DNA of 32,000 nucleotides from assembly GCA_030606485.1 (NCBI GenBank), contig JAUWGH010000001.1, positions 360,001 to 392,000 of the forward strand. Reading direction: 5' to 3'. Under the pieces are notes generated by a model. It ran no database searches. It was not told the DNA's origin and worked only from the letters and a program-made list of their open reading frames with translations. Of this stretch, positions 28,101 to 32,000 are shown in pieces (within the stretch, counting starts at the first letter, position 1; the number at the start of each line of letters is the position of its first letter). Position numbers and translations under genes: made by a program. Source of the DNA: Promethearchaeota archaeon (GTDB lineage Archaea > Asgardarchaeota > Lokiarchaeia > Sigyniarchaeales > SOKP01).

Positions 28101-31100
28101 TTCATCTCGGCGTTTTTCTCGGTATGCCCTTATATTTTCTTGAGTTTCAATCTCAATTTCCTTCACTATCATCTTCTCTCTCTCAAGTGCTACCTGATGA
28201 GCAATTTCTCTTTGAAATGCCTCTTCTTCTAATTGTCTTTTAATTTGAAGTTCTTTCTCTTTTTGACGTAATTCCACTTGTTCCTTTTGCTTCATCTTGA
28301 TTTTTTGTATCATTTCTCTTACCGCATATGATGGAAATTGAATTTCACTTAATAAAATATCAGCTTGGCGATAAAGCGTTAATGATTCATCAAATTTTCC
28401 AGATTTAGTTAGTTCTTCTGCTTTATCCATAATATCAAATGCTTCCTTACGTCGATTCTCTCGATAAGTAATTAATTCTTCCTGAGTTTGAATATCTATT
28501 TTTTTTACCAGCATCTTCTTCTTTTCAGACTCTATACTTTGAGCAATTTTGGCTTGAAATTCTCTTTCCTCTGCTTCACGTTTAGCTGCTAATTGGATTT
28601 GATGTTGTTTTATTTGTTCAACTTCAAGTTTGCATTGAGTTAAATTATCAAATGTATCTTGGATTACTTTAAGATAAGAACCCTTCCATCCTATCTTATT
28701 AAAAATTTCTACTGCTGACCTATAAATTTCAATAGCATCATCTAATTGACCTCTTTTTATATGAGTATCTGCAACTTCAAGCATTTTCAACGCTTCATTT
28801 TGCTTTTTTAGTTGTTGTTCTGATAAAACCTTTTGCTGTTCTTGTATAAATTGTGCCATTTTTATTTTATCTTCTTCACTCTTTTTCATTATAGAAATTT
28901 TTTGCTGAAATTCTCTTATTTCCTCCTCTTGTTTGAGAGCTGCCTCTCTTAGTTCTAGTTGCCAAAGATCTCTTTCTTTCTTTTTCTTATTAAGCTCACT
29001 AATTGCATTTTGAATGTGTTCTAATTCTTCTGTCCATTGAATTTCTGCTAAAATTATTGAAGATTCATGATATTTCTCAATAGCCGCATCGAAATTTCCC
29101 CTCATTGTTAAAATTTGTGCTGAATCTAAAATATGAAATGCTTCCTCTTTTCTCATTTCCCGATATTTTACTTCTTCTTTAAACTCTCTGATTGCAATTT
29201 CTTTTTCCTTTAATCTTTCCCGCTCCTTTCTTAATGCCTCAGTAATCTCAGTTTGAAATTTCTTTGCTTCTAATTCTCTCCAAATTGCATCTTCTCGAGC
29301 TTTTTGTTCCCAAAACACTCGTTCTTTCTTTTTGTATTCAAGATCGCGAATTGCATTCTGAATAAGAGCTAACTCTTCTGTCCATTGAATCTCAGCTAAA
29401 ATAATCGATATCTTATGATATTTTTCTATAGCTGCATCAAAATCTCCAGCAATAGTCAATTTTTCAGCTTTATCCATAATCTTAAATGCCTCATCCCTCC
29501 TTTTTTCTCGATATTCTTTTTCTTGTTCATATCCCCTAAGTGCAATCTCTTTTTCTCTTAATTTTTCACGCTCTTTTCTTGAAATTTCAGCAATCTTTTC
29601 TTGAAATTCTCTCTCTTCAAGCTCTCGTTTAATTGCTTCTTCTCGAGATTGTTGTTCCCAAAGTTCTCGTTCTTTCTTTCTATTTTCCAGTTGGCGAATT
29701 GTATTTTGAATAAGTGTTAATTCTTCTGTCCATTGTATTTCCGCCAATATTATAGAAGCTTCCCGATATTTCTCAATTGATGCATCAAAATCTCCTCTAA
29801 GTGTTAATAACTTTGCTGAATCTAACACATCAAAAGCTTCCTTTTTTCTATCTTCACGATATTCTACTTCAGCTTCATATTCTATGAGTGCAATTGTCCT
29901 TCTTCTTAATCTCTCACTCTCTCTTCTTAATTCCCAAGCGATTTTATCCCGAAATTCTCTTGATTCTCTCTCCCTTTGGGCTGCCAGTTCAATTTCTCTT
30001 CGTTTAAGTTCCTCTTGTTCAACCTTTTTTAACCGAACCTTTCTAATCAATTCATGAATCGAATCAACAGGATATTGTATTTTACTTAAAAGAAGCACGG
30101 CATTTCGATATGCATTAATTGCCGGCTCAAAATTCCCGATTTTAGTTAAATCCTCCGCCTCATCCAATATCTTAAATGCTTCCTCTCGTTTTTGCTCACG
30201 ATATACTTCTATCTTCTCGCGTGTTTCGATTGCTATCTTCTTCACCATCATCTTCTTTCTCTCAAGTGCTAACTGACGAGTAATCTCTTTTTGAAATGTT
30301 ACCTCCTCTAATTGCCTATGAATTTGAAGTTTTCTTTCTTTCTGTAATAACTCCTTTTGTTCCTTTTGTTTCAATTTAATTTTCTGTATCATTTCTTTAA
30401 CAGCATGTGAGGGAAATTGAATTTCACTTAAAATAATATCAGCTTGACGATAAAGCTCTAAAGCTTCATCAAAATTTCCACGTTTTGTTAAAATCTCCGC
30501 CTTATTCATTACATCAAATGCTTCAGTACGCTTTTTTTCTCGATAAGCAAGTAATCGTTCTTTAGTCTGAGCCGCGATTTTTTTAACAAACATTTTTTTC
30601 TTTTCTAACTCAATATTATGAGTAATTCTTGCTTGAAATTCTCTTTCTTCACCTTCATGTTTAACCGCTAATTCCTTCTGTCGCTGTAGCTCTTGTGTGA
30701 TTTCAATCTTACGTCTATTTAAATTTTCTAGTGTATCTTGGATTACCCTAAGATAAGGGCCTTTCCAGCCAATTTGATTAAAAATTTCTATTGCCGATTT
30801 GTGAATTCTAATAGCCTCATCTAAATTTCCTTCCCTTATATGCTCATCTGAACTCTCGAGCATTTTCAATGCTTCTTCTTGTTTCTTTAATTTCTGCTCT
30901 GATAAGATTTTTTTCTGTTCCTGAATATATTGCGCAAATTTAACTTTCTCTTCTTGCTGACTTTTGATTAAAGCAATTTCATGCTGAAATTCTCTTGCTT
31001 CTTGTTCCCTTTTGATAGATTCCTCTCTTACTATTTGTTCCCACAGTTCTTTATCTTTCTTTTGTTGCTCAAGTTTGCGTATTGCACCTTGAATAAGTGC

Positions 31101-32000
31101 CAACTCTTCTGTCCACCGAATTTCAGCAAAAATAATCGATGCCTCATGATATTTTTCAATCGTAGCATCTAAATCCCCCCTCATTATTAACATCTTTGCT
31201 GCATCTAAAATATCAAAGGCCTCATTTTTTCGATTTTCACGATATTTTACTTCAGCTTCGTATTCTCTTAGTCTAATTTGACCCTCTCTTAACTTTTCAC
31301 GCTCCGTCCTTAATTCTTCAGCAATCATATCCTGAAATTCTTGGGTTTCTTGCTCACGTTTCAATAATACCTCTCGAGTCTTCTGTTCCCATAATTCTCT
31401 TTCCTTTTTTTTATTCTCAAGTTCTCGAATCGCATTCTGAATAAGTGCTAACTCATCATCCCATTGAATTTCTGCAAAAATAATCGAAGCTACTTCATAT
31501 TTTTCTATAATATCATCAAAATCTCCACTGATTGTCAATTTTTGAGCTTCATCTAAGATCTTAAATGCTTTCTCCTTTTGTTTTTCGCGATATTTCACTT
31601 CTTTTTCATATTCTCTAACTGTAATCTCTTTTTCTCTTAACTTCTCACGTTCCTCTCTTAATTGTTCAGAAATTTTATCCTGAAACTCTTTCGTTTCCTT
31701 TTCTCTTTTTAAAGCATCTTCTCTTTCTTTTAATTTTAGAAGTCTCATTTCTTTCTTTCTGTTTTCAAGATCTCGAATAGCACCTTGAATGAGTGATAAT
31801 TCATCAGTCCATTGAATTTCTGCAAAAATCATTAATGCCATGTAATATTTTTCTATGGCAATATCAAAATCCCCGCGTAATGTGTATTCTTCTGCCTCAT
31901 CTAATATTTTAAAAGATTCAACCTTTCTTTTCTTCCGATATTCAATCTCTGTTTCATATTCCCTAATTTCGATCTTTTTCTTCTCTAACTTTTCCCTTTC
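25107..32000 (-). CDS. Giant helical repeat protein (>=2297 aa, 5' end outside the window)
   Basis: The frame stays open from the ORF-track ATG (31841) to base 32000 and continues the repeat (ERE...VESFKILDEAE...GDFDIAIEKYY). 19 TPR/MIT-like units are separated by E/K/R/Q-rich helices; no TM segment is visible. Confidence 0.9.
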   Translation of the reverse strand, partial: EREKLEKKKIEIREYETEIEYRKKRKVESFKILDEAEEYTLRGDFDIAIEKYYMALMIFAEIQWTDELSLIQGAIRDLENRKKEMRLLKLKEREDALKREKETKEFQDKISEQLREEREKLREKEITVREYEKEVKYREKQKEKAFKILDEAQKLTISGDFDDIIEKYEVASIIFAEIQWDDELALIQNAIRELENKKKERELWEQKTREVLLKREQETQEFQDMIAEELRTEREKLREGQIRLREYEAEVKYRENRKNEAFDILDAAKMLIMRGDLDATIEKYHEASIIFAEIRWTEELALIQGAIRKLEQQKKDKELWEQIVREESIKREQEAREFQHEIALIKSQQEEKVKFAQYIQEQKKILSEQKLKKQEEALKMLESSDEHIREGNLDEAIRIHKSAIEIFNQIGWKGPYLRVIQDTLENLNRRKIEITQELQRQKELAVKHEGEEREFQARITHNIELEKKKMFVKKIAAQTKERLLAYREKKRTEAFDVMNKAEILTKRGNFDEALELYRQADIILSEIQFPSHAVKEMIQKIKLKQKEQKELLQKERKLQIHRQLEEVTFQKEITRQLALERKKMMVKKIAIETREKIEVYREQKREEAFKILDEAEDLTKIGNFEPAINAYRNAVLLLSKIQYPVDSIHELIRKVRLKKVEQEELKRREIELAAQRERESREFRDKIAWELRRESERLRRRTIALIEYEAEVEYREDRKKEAFDVLDSAKLLTLRGDFDASIEKYREASIILAEIQWTEELTLIQNTIRQLENRKKERELWEQQSREEAIKRELEEREFQEKIAEISRKEREKLREKEIALRGYEQEKEYREKRRDEAFKIMDKAEKLTIAGDFDAAIEKYHKISIILAEIQWTEELALIQNAIRDLEYKKKERVFWEQKAREDAIWRELEAKKFQTEITEALRKERERLKEKEIAIREFKEEVKYREMRKEEAFHILDSAQILTMRGNFDAAIEKYHESSIILAEIQWTEELEHIQNAISELNKKKKERDLWQLELREAALKQEEEIREFQQKISIMKKSEEDKIKMAQFIQEQQKVLSEQQLKKQNEALKMLEVADTHIKRGQLDDAIEIYRSAVEIFNKIGWKGSYLKVIQDTFDNLTQCKLEVEQIKQHQIQLAAKREAEEREFQAKIAQSIESEKKKMLVKKIDIQTQEELITYRENRRKEAFDIMDKAEELTKSGKFDESLTLYRQADILLSEIQFPSYAVREMIQKIKMKQKEQVELRQKEKELQIKRQLEEEAFQREIAHQVALEREKMIVKEIEIETQENIRAYREKRRDEVFKILDEAELLIKRGNLDLSIETYRKAALYLTEIQYPVDAIYEMIRKLHIRKIEEEQMRQREIEAATQRELEYRRFQEEITQELKREEKRLKEKEIMLREYEKEMEYRETRKNEAFNILDIAKQFTIKRNFDAAIEKYHEASIILAEIQWTEELRNIQNAIRELERRKKERELLEQKAREEALRREQETREFQYNIVQMKVMNAEKIKMAQYIQEQQKVLSEANYLRQNETLKMLEVADTYIKRDKLDDAIEIHISAMRILNEIGWKGPYLKVIQDTLDNLNKRKLEIEQIKQQQIELAVKRDAEERDFQVKIARSIENERQKMLAKKIAIQTQEELLAHRENRRKEGFDIIDKAKEKTKEENFEEALRLYRQVDIILSEIQFPSNVVKDMIQKIKLKQREQEELRQREREIQIQKQLEEEGFQREIVYHIKLEKEKMRSKKIALEAQEIIKDYREQRREEAFRVLEEAERLTNSGKYELAISAYRNATLILSEIQYPIDSINEMIKKVQNKKLEQEQLKHIEMEAALQREEEEKYLEGEIAQKVQLEQERMMEKLKAIVSREKLQTRFEQRRNEAFKVLEEAEQFIKTGNFDEAIETYLKASLILSEIQYPLESINEMIRKVQMRKLEQEQIIQQEKEAQLQREREEAELRTIIEERQRQEEEMKRAKYLALKQREELIKKVESRREVAFTLLENADKFLKEFPPDFDKSIELYLEARNVLLEINWEPEIANIDALIRNLREEKQKFITQQKQEEEARIRAAEEYEKFKQEILRKKLEVQRVQEEQRIKLEAFKFEQEQREKLQQEGFNLLDDAKKSVLMHQFNFAYEQFDQAVEKFKSIGWFEQIKYIEKEIETTKKLEENAIIVQEEIKRAQEALLKQKGLEEQRRIEEETMKIQSVKEISAISDDIIKSLRQQRLEQESIQVVTKEQIKSDAASFAKELTKMIKIKQNLVAEIAKAEEDKEQKAIEKEKQKTKEELKELHKWIKDAAKKSKKK
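25480..32000 (-). repeat. Coding tandem repeat, 342-351 nt period, higher-order period 2079 nt
   Basis: Conserved W/F/Y codon positions: 31809, 31461, 31113, 30765, 30414, 30072, 29730, 29382, 29034, 28686, 28335, 27993, 27651, 27303, 26952, 26610, 26268, 25920, 25572. Confidence 0.9.

Noticed and set aside
257-31172. Short ORF-track entries overlapping longer genes on the opposite strand (e.g. 257-439, 857-1267, 2847-3035, 3237-3524, 7445-7678, 10773-11039, 14546-14812, 23902-24306, 25852-26121, 30981-31172)
   Set aside because: Antisense shadows of well-supported genes, with S/F/I/L-rich composition and no motifs.
31839-31841. ATG 31841 as the start of the giant protein
   Set aside because: It falls mid-repeat; the frame and the repeat pattern continue to the window edge.
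25480-32000. Regular DNA repeats as a CRISPR array
   Set aside because: The ~348-nt, in-frame, protein-coding period is incompatible with repeat-spacer structure; no CRISPR array or cas gene was seen in the window.

Overview
AT-rich (roughly 30% GC, by eye), gene-dense chromosomal window from an archaeon, most likely Asgard (Loki/Hel-like). That assignment is inferred from a eukaryote-type E1 and E2, a longin-like/Rab-like GTPase fusion and an intron-containing tRNA-Tyr with C1:G72. The left two thirds are mostly housekeeping and sugar genes: HerA-like ATPase, homocitrate-synthase-like enzyme, Lrp, L-rhamnose isomerase, TrmB, Fe-S protein, prolidase, deacetylase, PDCD5-like protein, oxidoreductases and a hydrolase. 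The right third holds the most interesting items. (1) A non-autonomous IS200/IS605-type element whose TnpB has the rearranged, Fanzor-like RuvC-II site, an early nonsense codon and a recognisable right end. (2) A ubiquitin-like conjugation pair: an E2 with a loop the length of the Cdc34/Ubc7 loop and no canonical start codon, and a single-chain E1 combining a MoeB-type N-terminus, an 81-aa helical insert at the FCCH-equivalent site, an SCCH domain and a putative UFD. (3) A membrane-anchored subtilase with no room for a prodomain. (4) A giant (>=2297 aa, open at the window edge) protein of 19 visible ~116-aa TPR/MIT-like plus charged-helix repeats in a higher-order AAABCD pattern. All calls come from motif recognition by eye; no database searches were run.
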